Made by a program: the position numbers and the translations under genes. Below the pieces are notes generated by a model. It did no database searches. It had not been told where the DNA came from and worked only from the letters and a program-made list of their open reading frames with translations. Shown piece by piece: positions 12,575 to 26,115 of a stretch of DNA of 64,000 bases (position 1 is the first letter of the stretch; each line of letters begins with the position of its first letter). This DNA is from Gonapodya sp. JEL0774 (Eukaryota). Location: positions 1 to 64,000 of the forward strand of contig JADIIX010000054.1 in the NCBI GenBank assembly GCA_027604505.1, written 5' to 3'.

Positions 12575-15500
12575 ATGGATCACACTGAGGAGGAGAACGT
12601 ATCCAACACCGCTCATTCTGAAACGAAAGATCATTTGCTAGACGCAATGGACTCTCAACACACACTCGCCGACGTGGTTGAGGACTTGGTTGCGTCTGCT
12701 GGTTCAGCCTCCAAACAAGCCCCAACGCCTGTAGAAGAGGAGGACACCTCTGCGTCGGGACTGGCCGAGGATCCAGTCGCTGCTCTTGATCTTGTAGAGG
12801 AGAATGGGGTCGCAGCTCCCGAGGTGACGCCTGTCGATGGGGATGACCAGGTGAAGACCGGTGTCAAACACACTGCCAGGGCGTCAACACTTCCAACAAT
12901 GATGTCATCCGTTACCTAGGCGTCGCTTCAAGACAACTCGATTTTTGATGGAGCCGCCGTCTCACAGAGCACGCAAGAGCTTATTCCGGGCCAGGATGAA
13001 GGTAAGCGGGCACTGTTGATTCTGACCGTTTTCTGCGCATCCTCTCTAAGAACGGGAACTTCTTCACTCAAGTTTCAAACATCCAGTACTCTACTCCATC
13101 GGACGATTCGCCCCTGGAAACCTCGTCCTCAATTGTAGAGGAGGACCCCACTGTTGGTTCAGAACTCGCCCAGGAACACGTTTCTGAAACTGTCATGTCG
13201 GCAAATTTCGATGGCGAAGCGCCGAAATATGCGGACTTCGTGGAATCAGCCGGAAATGAAGATGAGAGTGGAACCTGTGAGTCCTCATTCTCAATTACCA
13301 CCTTTGTTGACATCGTTCGATTTGTTTCTGAGCATCTCTCATTAACGCGTTAGCACTCGACCCGAGTGCCGCAACCATGAGCAGCGACGTCGTTGCTCTT
13401 GCGACTTCAGAATCGTCGACCGATGCACCTGCAGCGGAGCAAACCGAATCTGCACTGGACTCGTCGCCCCCACTCAGAGACGGGTCTGACCCCTCAGGCG
13501 AAGAGGCCACCTCCATGGACCAATCCGAGGATCTCGAAGATGCGAACGAGGAAACGTCTGGACTTCGTGGAACTGACGGGGAGCAGGAGGATGGAGGAGT
13601 TGCCGATACCCGTGACATTGCAGACGACGCCCCGGCTCCTGAGTCGAGCGTCGCAGAGAATTTAGACGAGAAGATTGATACCATAGAGGATACTGCCAAT
13701 GACGGCGAAGACGCGGGTGAGAATCAAGATGAGGACATTGACGCTGCGGTAGATGGGGAGGAAGAGACCGCCGACCGAGATCTCGAAGATCTGGGTGAGG
13801 ACCCTGAAGTAGAGTCCATCGGGTCGTTTGACGAGGATGCTGCGATCCCGGCTCCGAATGCCCCCTCTTGGATCGTCGACCCCCTCCACGACTCGCCTGA
13901 AACTTGGTTTCTCGACGAAGTCCTCGAACAAGAACAACGAGGGCAACTGCTGGACCACTTGCGAGAGCTACGAGAACTATCTGATGTTGTGCGAAGGACA
14001 AAGGAACGAGAGGATCGTCTCCAGGAGTTGGAACAGGTTCTCCTTGATAAAACCCTTCAAACTGGACAGCTCGTGGAGGAAGTCGGTGACTTGAGTGGAC
14101 AGGTTGCATCTTATAAGATGCAGCTGAGAGATGCCGAACGGAAGGTCGAGGAGGCTTTGGAGAGGGAAGCGGCCATGCAGAAGAGATTGACGCGGCTTCA
14201 AGAGGATATGGAAGGTAAGAGTCGGCCTCTGCCTTGATGAAAGAACGGCCTTCCTGACGATGTCAATCACACAGCCGCCGAAAGTAGATCTGCTGCCCTC
14301 CATGAATCTGAAGTGGCCAAGCACAGTGCCCGGGTTCTATCCCTCGAAGCGGACGTTCGTGACCTGGAAAGGCGTGCAATTCGTGAGGAAGAGGATCGCA
14401 AAGCTGTTGAAGAAAAGAACTTGTCCCTCACGAAGCAGTTGGATGAGGAGCGCAAGCGTCGGGAAGGTCTCGTCCGTCGCCTCAATGTCCTCGGCAACCA
14501 ACTGGATAACGCTGCTACGAAAGTCGAGCACCCCCAACCATCTGTCAGAGTTGAACATCCTCGCGTGGTAGCTGGTCGACGTCTGCCCACCAGACCCGGC
14601 GTGCCCCGGATCGTGGAGACTCCGCCGGCTGGAGAGCAGGCTGTTCGCCAACGCTCACTGCCTCGCAACACAGAACCTCCCAAAGCTGATGTGAAACCCG
14701 CTTCTTCCAGTCAAAAGATGGCCCGGCGTCGTGTGGACCCTTACGACCCGACTCCGGCCCTTCGCGACGAGCTGGATCGTACTCAGAACCTTCACCGGGA
14801 AGAGGTCGCCAAGGTTTCTGATCTCACGACTCAACTTGAAGCGCTTATGGTGGAGGCCGAGGGACTCAAAGAAAGGCTAGTGGAACTGCAGGCAGACCAC
14901 CTCCGAGAAATGGAATCTCTCCAGAACCTTCACAAAACAGACCTGGAAGCAGTGCTGGAAGTAAGGGACTCCTTCAGAGAATCTCTTACTCAGGAACTCG
15001 GCCGGCGGCACGCTGCAGAAATTGAGTCAATGAGGCAACAACACTCCGAGGAAGTTGCTCATCTCCGCGACGAACTGGCGAAGCTGCAGACCGAATTAGA
15101 TGCGGTGAACGCACGTATCGTGGCCGAATCCAGAGAGTATGTTTAGCGTGATTTGTAATTTTTCCCCGTCCCAACTTGGCCACTGATGATGTGACACATT
15201 TTTTAGAGCTGCTGCGAAGTATGCTGATTTAGAGAATCGCAGCTTGCAGGATCGTTTGCGCTTTGAGATCGCCATCCGGAAAGCCGAGGAGGAATCAGCG
15301 AACCTACGACGTGGAACGGTGAGCTCCCAGGAGAGGGTTCAGTACGAAATGATGGTACAGAAGGCGGAAGCCGAAGCATCGAGTTTGAAGGCCCAACTAG
15401 CGCTGATGGCGGAAAGGACTCGAGGGATCACAAATGAGTAAGTACGGCATTTCCCCGCAACCCGCCGGTCTTCAGTGTCTCAGTTATGTCCATTCGAAGC

Positions 15501-18500
15501 TCTATGTCGCAGGGGCTATCTCGGGATTCTCATCTGGGAATCGGTATGGATTTCCCGGCCTCGTCCATTCTTCGCCAGTCAGATGCCGATGTCGTGAAGC
15601 TCCAATCTGAGATTGTCTCTTTGAGTGAGCGGCTTGAAGCCAGTAAACAACAGTGAGTCGCTCTCAGACAACACCGAGCTCGTTAGAAGGAGTGTGAGCT
15701 GAGCTTTCGCACGTACCATGTAGAACTGCGTCGTGTATTCAAGAACGGGATCGCTATGAGTCAATGGTTCGCGCAGCAGAAGTTGAGATCATGAGGTTGC
15801 GAGCTGAACGAACACAATCTCGAGGAAGCATTGATGAGTGAGCACGTATTCACATTGTACTGATTACAACTGGCGATAACTGAGTAATTTATGCTCCTAG
15901 AAAACCTTTCACAGCACAACACGATGCTCCAAACGGTTTTCCACCAAGTCGGCCCGTTGCTACCCGCCCCACCGAGGAGGATGCTCAGACTCTCCGCTCG
16001 GAAATTGCCATTCTCGCACAACGTCTCAGAGCTGGTGAAGAGTGAGTAACCAAAACTTCAATTTTGTCCGCATCATTGGTCACTGGTTTCACCTATTTTA
16101 AAAGGTCAAATGGCGATGATGGCCCTCACATTGAGAAGTGAGTCCAACATTGTACATGGTCATGATATCATTGTACATATTGCCTTTTATTCGCAGATCT
16201 CGCACTCTAGAAGTCGGAAGGATGAACGGGGATGTCGGAACTGCACCGGTCCAGCCAGGTGTTGTCGCAAGCACAATTGCGGAGAAGGACGAAAAAATTT
16301 CAAGACTGCAATTAGAACTCGCAAGCCTCGCGACGGAAAAGGACAACAAGATTTCACGATTGGAAACCCAGCTTGGCGTTTTCCTCGCGGAGGCTGATGG
16401 GAGGATCGCGCAGATGCAAAGTGAAACAAACGCCCTGCTAGTGCAGAGGGATGTGAAACTCACGGAACTGGAAAATGAGTTGAACATCCTTGTCGCCGAG
16501 CGGGAGGGTCTCGAACACAGGTATGTTGAATACATCATTGTGCTTGTGCTTGCCGCAATAACTGATGGGAGTCTGGATCGGACAGTCACCAACAAAACGT
16601 TCACAAATTGCAAGGTGACATCACGAAGCTCATTAAGCAAATAGAAGATTTGGAAGCAGCGTAAGTGCAGAATCCCATTATCGTAGTAGCCCGCCTGGGA
16701 GAAGTCAACACTCGCTTTTCAGTTCGTCTGCCCAATTCGAAAGGACAGCGCGTGAGAAAGCCCACCTGGAGAGCCGGTTGCAAGAGGATGCGGAGAAGTA
16801 GGTTCCCTATTGGACCGTAATGTTGAGACCCCCTTCTTCGGCCACTAAATTTGTTGTGGAATAAGGTACCGCGAGCTGCAAGCTTACGCATCAAATTCCA
16901 GACTACAGTTGGAGACACGTATCGCGCACCTAGAAGCAGAGCTGACGCGGTTATCTCAATTTTCCGATGACTCCGCCCTTGCGGTGCATGTTGAGACGGC
17001 ATTATTGGACTCTCAGTTGCGCGCAACCTCGGACGTGCTCGGAGAGGTTTCGAGCAGCGTTAACTCGCTCTTCGACAAAATTTCAGGCATCGGCAATCGG
17101 GAGCCTTATGAAGGAAGTCCAGGAGTGCCAAGGTCGGGGTTACGATCTCTCCCGGTTGCGGCACCCGAACAGACGGCTGCGGCACTCCTAGCACCTGTCC
17201 AGGCGGCGTTATTGGACTCCCAACTTGAGGCCACTTCGGATATGCTGGCCACTTTGACGGGTACTTTACAGGCTGTGTTTGCAGATATGGCCGAAATGGC
17301 AACCGCGCCACAACACTCTCACAGTTCAAATGTGAATGGTAACGAAGAAGAGCGCCCCGTATCTCCACAGAACGATGACGACCTTTTCGATGATTCCCCT
17401 CTGATGGCACCCATCCACACGTCGCTCGCTGCATCACAACTCGACATGACCTCGCAAATGCTCGCAGACGTTTCAACGAACCTACATTCATTGTTCGAAC
17501 ACATTGGAGCCCTCCACGCTGATCTTGCAAGCCGACCAAGGTCCATTCAAGCGGAGCAGACCGAACCGATGTTAGAAATCATTTCTGACAATACAGAAGT
17601 CGGCCAGTCCGTCGAAAGGCTGAGAGATTTCACTAACGTGCAGTCCTCACAGTTCGGATTGAGGGACGATGACCAGACTACTGTCCCCGTGGAGACAGTT
17701 CTCTTGGATTCTCAGTTGGAAGCAACTTCGGAAATGCTCAACGATGTCACCACCAATTTGGAATCGCTATTGGCGAATGTTCGAGGCTTAATGGCAGCCG
17801 AGCAACTGAGTCCCTCACCTCTAAATATTCAGTCTGAGCTCGACAATAGGAGTGTACCTGAGAGCGTTGCCATGTTCTCGATTCCAGTTGAAACGGCACT
17901 GTTGGATTCCCAGCTGGAATCAACTTCGGAAATGCTGGAAGAGTTCTCCAAGGCCCTGCAGACCTACGTGGAGAATGTGGCCGTGGCGAGGCAGGCGGAC
18001 GCTGCTATTATGGCGGAAGCCGCAAGGAATCTTGTAGAGACACAGGCAGATGAGTTGATGCTGGAGCAACAAGACACCATGTTATCTGCCACAATCGAGA
18101 CAGCGTTGTTGGATTCTCAACTTGAAGCGACCGCAGACATGCTCTCAAGCGTTTCGAGTAGTGTCCACGAGGTTGTCGGGAGGGTATCTGCCGAGCGTGA
18201 TCACTTAGCAAAAGATGTCTCTTCTCTAACTGCACAAATTAGCTCTTTGCACCTGCAACTCGCCACCGCGAGCCAAACAACTCGTGAACTGGAAGTTTCG
18301 CATGAAGAGGTGGTCGCAAAGTTGTCGATAAAGCATGAACAGCTATTGCGAGAGCGCACAGCGGACCACGAAGCTGTCATTCGGACGTTGCGAGCACAGC
18401 TCAGCGGGTCGAATCAACGGATTGCTGAAATCGAAATGGACCACAGCCGCTCCCTGGATGAACATATTACGGACTTATCTGGAGATCTGGATGAAGTGAA

Positions 18501-21500
18501 CACGCTAAAAGCGCAACTTGCGGTGGCGCAAGCAAGATCGATTCAGGTTGAAACGGGCCACCGTCGGGACATGAATCAACAAGCGGCCGAGCATGACGCC
18601 AAGGTGGAAGCAATTGAAGCAGAATTGGGGAGAGTTCAAGCCCGCGTTGTTGAGCTCGAGCTTTTGTTGGATCGTCAGGGCACAGAGCAAGCATTGGAAT
18701 TGACTGCCGTGCGGGCTGAGTTGAAAAATTCTCACCACCGCTTAGAGCAGCTGCAAGCCTCGATTGACCAGCAGAAGGAGGATCACAAGCGTGCCATTGA
18801 AGACCTCAACTCGATTCATGCAGAGAATGTCGCTATCCTGGAGAACCAATTGGCAGAAGCCAGAACACATCTAAGCGGGTCTGGTGAAACTGGGAACACG
18901 GGTGTCGATCGAGACTTGGGTACAAACGCAGATGATTCAGCAGTTCTGGCAGCAAATTCTCGCATCGTGGAGCTTGAGGCGACTCTTGATCAAATGGCAG
19001 GCAGCCACGACCTGAAGATTGAATCACTTGAGGCTAAGATCAGTGAGTTGGTCCTCGCACTTGAACGCCTTGGGGAAGAACACGCTCGCCTGCGGGAGGA
19101 GCGGGACGCCGAGCATGCCAGCAAGGTTGCATCGTTTGATTCAGAGCTGGCAGCAACGAAAGATAGGGTTGTTGAGCTCGAGGAGGAACTAAGAAGCTTC
19201 CGTGCGGATGCTTCGGTGGAACAATCGAACGCCCTCAATGACCTCATTCCGGACAATGCTTCCAAAGTCATCGAATTGCAGCAACAGCTTCGTTTCACCA
19301 CTTCTTCACTGGCGGAAGTCGAGGAAAAGCTTCGACAGGTGCTGGCGGAACAAGATGCGGCGCACCAAGTAACAACTGCTGCCGTACAAGCCGCAGAGAT
19401 CGGCCTGAAAGCTCGTATAGGGGAATTAGAAGCGCATATCCTTGAACAGGACCATCAATATCGAAACTCTATGGCGGAAGTTGCGAAGTTAACTGAGATT
19501 GAAGCTGAGCTTAATGTTACAAAGCAACTACTCGCAAATCTTGAACTGGAATACGGACGTGCGACTGAAGAGGCGAATGCTCAATTGTTGCAAAAGGAAA
19601 CAGAACACGGTACTGTACTGATCCAGCAAAAATCGGAACACGAAGCAGCGCTCACTGAGCTTCAGGAGAAATTGGCAAACGCCGAACAGAGTGTGATTGA
19701 GCTTGGGTTAGTTCAGAAACAATTGGAACAAGTCTTAACGAGAGACTCTGCTTTGGAGGCCGAATTGGAGTCTGCGAAGGAACATCTGAGACAATTGGAA
19801 GCGGATCGTGTCCGTTCTCTTGACGCCATGAGTGACCACGATTCGGCCGTTAAACTAATCCGATCTGACCTCGCGCGTGCGGAGGGCCGGGTGAAGGAGC
19901 TTGAGTCCGAGCTGCGGGAGACTCGGGAGGACCATGTACGAAGTATGGAGGCGTTTGATGTTGAACTCGGAGCTTCCAAGCAAACAATTGCAGACTTGCA
20001 ATCACAGTGCATGGATTCGGTGAAAGCAGCTGGCGAGAAGGACTCCGCGTTGACAGCGATGCGATCCGCCCTTGCAGAATCGGAGGAGAAGGCTAGAACC
20101 CTGGACTCGGAGATTCAACAACATCTTGACGTTCATACCTCTCGATTAGCATCACTTGAGGAAGAGCTGTCGTCGTCTAAGATAAGGGAAGAGGATCTAC
20201 GATCACAACTCGTTGAGCTCCAGCGACATGATGGCACGCGGGACGACGCGCTGTCACAGCTGGAGACGCACCTCACCGCGGCCCGATCGAGAGTTGTTGA
20301 TGTCGAGGAGCAATTGCTGTCTATTTCTGCTGAACGGGAGACTGAACGCACCAGGTATGTGAAAGTGTGTACGTCATTTGGCGCCTTGTGTGCTGATTAT
20401 TTGATGTTATCAAGGCTCAACGACTCTTTGACCGCCCTGCGGGAAGAACATGCAGAAACAGAGGAAGCGTCAGCGAAGGCTATTGCAGACCTTCGTGCAA
20501 TGATTTCCATTTTTAAAGCGGAAGTCAAGCAGTAAGTTGACCGGTGTACGATGAGCCGAATCGGAGAATTATCAGGTTAACATCCCGTTCCGCCAGGCGG
20601 GAAGAGCAGACGCACGATGAACTTGCACAAATTGGAGAATTGGATCAAAAACTGATGAACTGCCAAGATACTCTTGCCATCTTGGGAAGCTCTCTGAACG
20701 TGCCTGGCGGGCAGAACCTGAGATCGTAAGTCCTCTTAAATCGCCCGGGTTTCTGAAAGAAAATCGACCCGACATTCTTTTCAGACTTTCCCCGGCGGCT
20801 GATTCTGCGGATATGCCACCGGCCTATGATATGACAACGTGAGTAGCCCATCACAGACAGCGTTTCAGTTGGACGGATGAGAGTTGTTCAACACCTGTAT
20901 CCTCTGTTCACACAAGACGAGGTCTTGAAGTTTCAGTGCAGCATGAACAGGTTGTCTCCGCGCTGAATGACCAGTTAGCTAGCAAGATTGCTGAGCTGGA
21001 GCAGCTTCGAACAGATCACGGTCTCGAAATGGAACAGTGAGTGACTTCATGCGATCAAGGAGGAGACAGGTACCAATGATTCTCATTTATTTCAGAGCCG
21101 AAGTGCGTCTCACAACGATCAAGAACCAGCGTGCTGCGGATGCAAAGAAGGTGAAGACTGCCATTACAAGCCTTCAAAACCGGATCGAGGAACTTAGGTC
21201 CCAGCTTGATGAAACTTCCAAAGCGTAATTACTGTGCTATTATTCGAGGCTTGTCAATCTAGCTGCTCATGATCCTATTTCCACATTGTTTCAGGGCTGA
21301 TGCAAAGGTTGCTCAGGCTCAAGTTGAATTTGACTCCAAACTTCAAGAACTCACATCGGAACGCGATAGAGAGTCACAATTTGCCGCTGAGAGAATCATG
21401 AACTTGCAGATGCAGCTGCAAGAGGAAGAATCAAAAATCTCACAAATTCAAGGGCAATTAAAAGCATCTCAAAATGAGCTCAGCAAGGCAACAGCGAGGG

Positions 21501-24500
21501 CTGTCGGCTTGGAGTACGAAATTCGGGACCTTGAACGAGAGAATACGCGAGAAAAGGAGACGTGGGTACATCTCAATTTGTGCTTTTTCCGTTCGGCAAT
21601 TAAACATATTGGGCGATAGGTTCAAGACCATTGTAGCGGATCTCAGTCAGCACCTCGAGAATGCAGTAGCCCGGGAAGCTGAATTGAAGAATCGAACATT
21701 GGAGCTCGAGCAGAAAGTCAAAGCAGCTGAGTCCTCAGCTGCTCAATTGCGTGTGCAATTGGATACGGTGGACGGGTCGCAGAGAGATCTCAAACAGCAA
21801 CTAGAGAATGCAGCTTCAAGAGAACAGAAGGTAACTCACATCACCGGAGAGCTCGAGAAGGAGATAAAAGTGGCCGAGCGTGTGGCAGAGGAGCTTCGGG
21901 AACAATTGGAGCAATCATTACTTCGCGAGCAAGTTGCTTCTCAGACAATTCAGGACCTTCGATCCAGGCTACAAAGTGGAACGATCGATGCTCCGGAGTC
22001 GGATGACTCTACTTCTTACGCAACCACACCGTCGGAATCAAGCGCTCTCATTGCGCAGCTGCGGAGCCAGTTGAGCTTAGCTGGTGCTAAGGAAGATCAA
22101 ATTTCCAAGTCGAACCGGGAGCTGGAGATGAAACTCCGCGAGGCGGAGGAATCATTGGCCAAGATAAAGCGGGACTCCAATGTAATTAGGGACGACCAAA
22201 GGGAAACAAGTCGTGATCTTATAATTGGAGGAACTCCAACGAACTCAGAAGAGCTCACGCGAGAGGTTGAACGTCTGAACGCTCAACTTTCTAACCGAGA
22301 TTTGTCTATCAAGGAGGCAGATACAGAGATTGAGCGTCTCGGTGAGGAATTAAGCCGTTTGTCAGCTCTGTACCAAGAGGCTACTTCGGAGTTGGAAAAG
22401 CTTGCTTCTCGGCAATCGGATCTCCTGAGTCAAGTTGGATCTTCGCAGGGAGTGATGGAGGAGTAAGTACATCTGCTCTGTTCGGACTTTTCCATCCGGA
22501 CGTATCTTAGGTGTTACCTCTTTTGTCAGGGGTCGTTCATTGAGAGAAGCAAACCAGCAGAGCGAGCAGCAGCTCCAGGTGTACATTGAGAAGGTATCGT
22601 TGCTGGAAAATGATATCCTGGCAAAGACAAATGAACATGCCTTGAGAGTCGTGGAGTGAGTGTGAAAAAGAATAGAATGAGGTATCTTCTTGTGAATAAC
22701 GAGTTGTTGCGTCTTAGATACGAGCAAGCCGCCAGTCAGCAGAAGAAAGAATTGGAATCAGTTCGTCAGCAGCTCTCTGTTCGAGAAAACGAAGTCCACG
22801 CGGCCAAAATGGAGGTGATGAAGCTTCAGGAGCAAGTTGACGATTTGGAAGCGACCCTGCGGGTCCAAATGGAGAGGTTAGGGATCCTTGTCTTACAAAT
22901 AAGTTGCTGGTCTCTCAAACATGCTCAACTTCTGTTAGCACCAATGCCCAAGCCAAATCTCGGGACGAAAAGGTCTCTCAACTCCGGGAGGAGTTGGAGG
23001 TTCGCCAAGTGAACATGAACCAGCTGTTGCAAAAGTATGCAGATTTAGAGGAGGAATACAAGGAGTACGTTCTCGAGAAGAGGGAGGAGACGTCAAGGTT
23101 TGTTTTTAGTGTCATAATTTTCTGACTCTGCTTCGTTCGGACTATGTCGTCGCTATTCCAGCTTCAACAATCAGTTGGCCGCCCTTCATGAGTATATCGA
23201 GGAACGAGACTCCAAGATTGCAGAGCTCGCATCACAGAATGAGGAAGGTAAACGGGAGTTGCTGGAAGAAAAGCAAGCGTAAGTTTTTTTTGCGCTTCCA
23301 GACGGCCAACGTCATTTCATTGTTCCCCACTCTGCACTCAGTGGTACCGTCAGAGTTCAAAAGCTACAATCGCGTATTGAAGCACAAGATGAAGAGTATC
23401 AATCTCTCATGACAGAAGTAGCGCGGGACCTCGACGAAAATCAAAAAGAGAAGAAGATGTGAGGATTGTCATCTTGTCGGTTTGTCTCGACATTCACCCC
23501 TCTATTTGCTTGCGTGATGTGCCTACCCACACAGACTGCGGGAAAAGCTAGAGGCATTGGAGAACAAGTTGACGACAGAAGGGAAGGACCTGCAAGAACA
23601 AGTCACGGCTCTCGACGCGCAGCTTCTGACGTCTTCGGACCTCGTTCAACAAATTGTTCCTACGTTATCCACTCTGCTTGGTGTGTCGGGAGTTCCTGCT
23701 GTGTTAAATGTCGTCCCCACTCAACCACAGGTGGAAACATCTCGAGAAGTGCCCAAAGCTTCTTCTTCTGTCGAAATCCACCGGCTCAACAACGCTATAG
23801 AGAAACTCAAAAAGGATCACGAGCTTGAGTTGATCACCCTGAAAGAGAGCCACCAGCGAGAATTGCAACGCATTTCTCACGAGACAGCAATTCAAGCTGC
23901 TGATGCGGAGCTCGAGAATATTCGGAAGACAGAAATACCCCCGCCACCGTATACCACAAATCCGAATGCATCAACTGCAGAGCTTCTACAGCAGCTAGAA
24001 CTAGCACGGTTGAAGCTTGAGGAGGAACAGAAAGCTCATACGAAGAAATTGTCGCATATGAAGACTATTTTGGAACAGACCAATCACTGTGAGTACCCAA
24101 CAGTTCATCTCTACTATCTCGTTTCCTCATTTTCTCTTGTCAGTGTTCCCCGAGAACAACCAACTGCGACAAACAATCGCCATGCAGACGAGGGACCTGG
24201 ATGACTTGGAAGAACAGCTTAAAGAGCTAGAGGACACTCGAGCCGATCTTGAGGAGACAAATCAAGAACTTCTGGAACGCGTAGCGCAGCTTCAGAGCAT
24301 GCATGGCCCAGATCATGAGGACGATCAGGAGCTTCACGAGGCTCGGGCTGCAGAGTACGAGGAGGAAATCAGAAACCTGCGCTTGGAGTTCCAGGAACAA
24401 GAGGACGATTACCAAAAGCGCTTGGCCAAAGTGCAAATGATGACCAATATCGCCCACACCTCTGTGTCTTTGATGGAGCAACACTTGGGAAAGATTGAGG

Positions 24501-25670
24501 AACGGTTGAAGGTACAAGAGCAGAATCATACCTACGAGATCCAGGAATACGCTGACAGGCTACAACTCATGGAGGCGAACTACGAGGTCCGCATTGACAG
24601 CTTGATGGCGGAACATGAGGCGAAGCTGGAAGCGTTGGAACTGGAGATCACGACCCTTCATGAAGCACTTGCCGCGGAAGGGGAAAAGAACGCAGAGCGG
24701 ACTCAATCACTTATTGATGAAGTTCGTTCAGGCACAGCGGTGGTCCACGATTATGAATACCGTTTGGGCCTGCTGGAGGTTGAGGGTGTCAAACTAGTGA
24801 ATGGCATTAAGAAGGCACACGAGGAGACCAACGGCCTCGGAAATGAGGTAGCTAACTATGACGACGATGTTCGTACACTCGTTGAAGAGGCCGAGAAACT
24901 TGGGCAAGCCGCAGAAGTTTGGAAAAAGACCACCGAGACTTTGAGGTCAGAGAACGAGAAGCTCAGGCAGCAGTTGCAAGCTGTGGGAAGGTGAGGACAA
25001 TGGCCTTTTTTGTATTCGCTTTCCGTTATAAATACGCTTTCCGCATGCCTACTCTTTAGCAAATCGGTTTTTGCCGCTGCTAGCGTGGAAGTAACATCCG
25101 ACGACCCTACTGCGAGCGGTGGGTCCCCGCAGACGATTTACAATGAGCCCTCTGATGTGGAAGCTTTGAAGCTCACTAGTGAGAAAAAGGAGCTGCAGGC
25201 GGAGCTGGAAAAGTGAGTTGTGCTTGTAATCTTCGCCTCTCTCTCATTTCCAAATTCGATTATTTACCGACAGAGCACAAGCACAAATCTCCGAGCTCCA
25301 GCAAGCTCAGTCCGCTGCTGCAGCTGAGGTCTCAACACTCAGTACTCAACTCAACTCAGTTTCCTCAACCATAAATGCCCTGCGCTCTGAGAAGGACCAA
25401 CTTTCCTCTGATCTTACCCTCCTGCGCACGGAACATAATGAGGAGCACGACTCTCTCATGGCGAAGGTCAGCACGCTCGAGGACCAAATATCCTCCTTGA
25501 TGTCCGAGAAGAGTGCTTTAGAGAACCAGCTGAAGGAGCAGGGTCTCAAGAGTGCTCTCCTGCAACAGCAAACGCCCAAGCTGAAACAGCAGGTCAAAGA
25601 CTTGAAGGAAGAAGTTGCCGTGCAAAAAGCCCGGATCGCTGAATTGCAGTCGAGAGTTGGTGAGGCTTGA
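12575..25670 (+). CDS. Giant acidic coiled-coil protein (~3500+ aa, >20 exons)
   Basis: Chain of E/L/Q/A-rich heptad ORFs (13377, 14313, 16909..20535, 21474, 23557, 24089, 25458) linked by short GT-AG introns. Acidic disordered N-terminus; stop at 25668-25670. Exact exon set not fully resolved. Confidence 0.75.
16972..18195 (+). repeat. Six dispersed ~38-aa repeats, consensus (P)VETALLDSQLEATS(D/E)MLxxxxxxLxxLxxxV
   Basis: VETALLDSQLRATSDVL, VQAALLDSQLEATSDML, IHTSLAASQLDMTSQML, VETVLLDSQLEATSEML, VETALLDSQLESTSEML, IETALLDSQLEATADML, all in ORF 16909..20535. Confidence 0.9.
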
Positions 25671-26115
25671 AACGGGAGAGATGGACGACAATTTTGAGAC
25701 GTTCGGCGAGCGGGACCTCGTCACTGAAAATTTGAGTTGCCTTGCTGGATCTTTGACATTTAACCAGGTGTTATCATAATTATAGATCGGGGAGGATTTG
25801 GGTTGCCGGATTTGGGACGTTGCTGGAAGAACATTTACATAAAAAGTGCAGAAACTAGTCGTTTTCTATTGCTACCCCTTTGCTTATCTGTATAGACATA
25901 TATTTATGTGGCTCCCTTCCCCTGTAATAGAATCGTTGTTTGCGATCATACCTGCTAAACCAAAATTTCTCTGTATTTATGTAACCGTAGTCCTACAAAT
26001 CCGAATCAACCCCAACCTTTACACTATCTCGACCTTCCCCAGCCAAGAACCGCAAACCCCCGCGGTGTTGGACACCCAGTCTCATCGACTTGTTACCAAG
26101 CCGCATGTGAAGCAC

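Noticed and set aside
13474..14109. Antisense ORFs within acidic or coiled-coil exons (also 55942-57012 and 59531-60319)
   Set aside because: Explained by codon bias of the sense-strand genes.
12575..25670. Naming the giant coiled-coil as myosin, Uso1 or rootletin
   Set aside because: No motor, globular head or other diagnostic domain is visible; coiled-coil similarity is non-specific.
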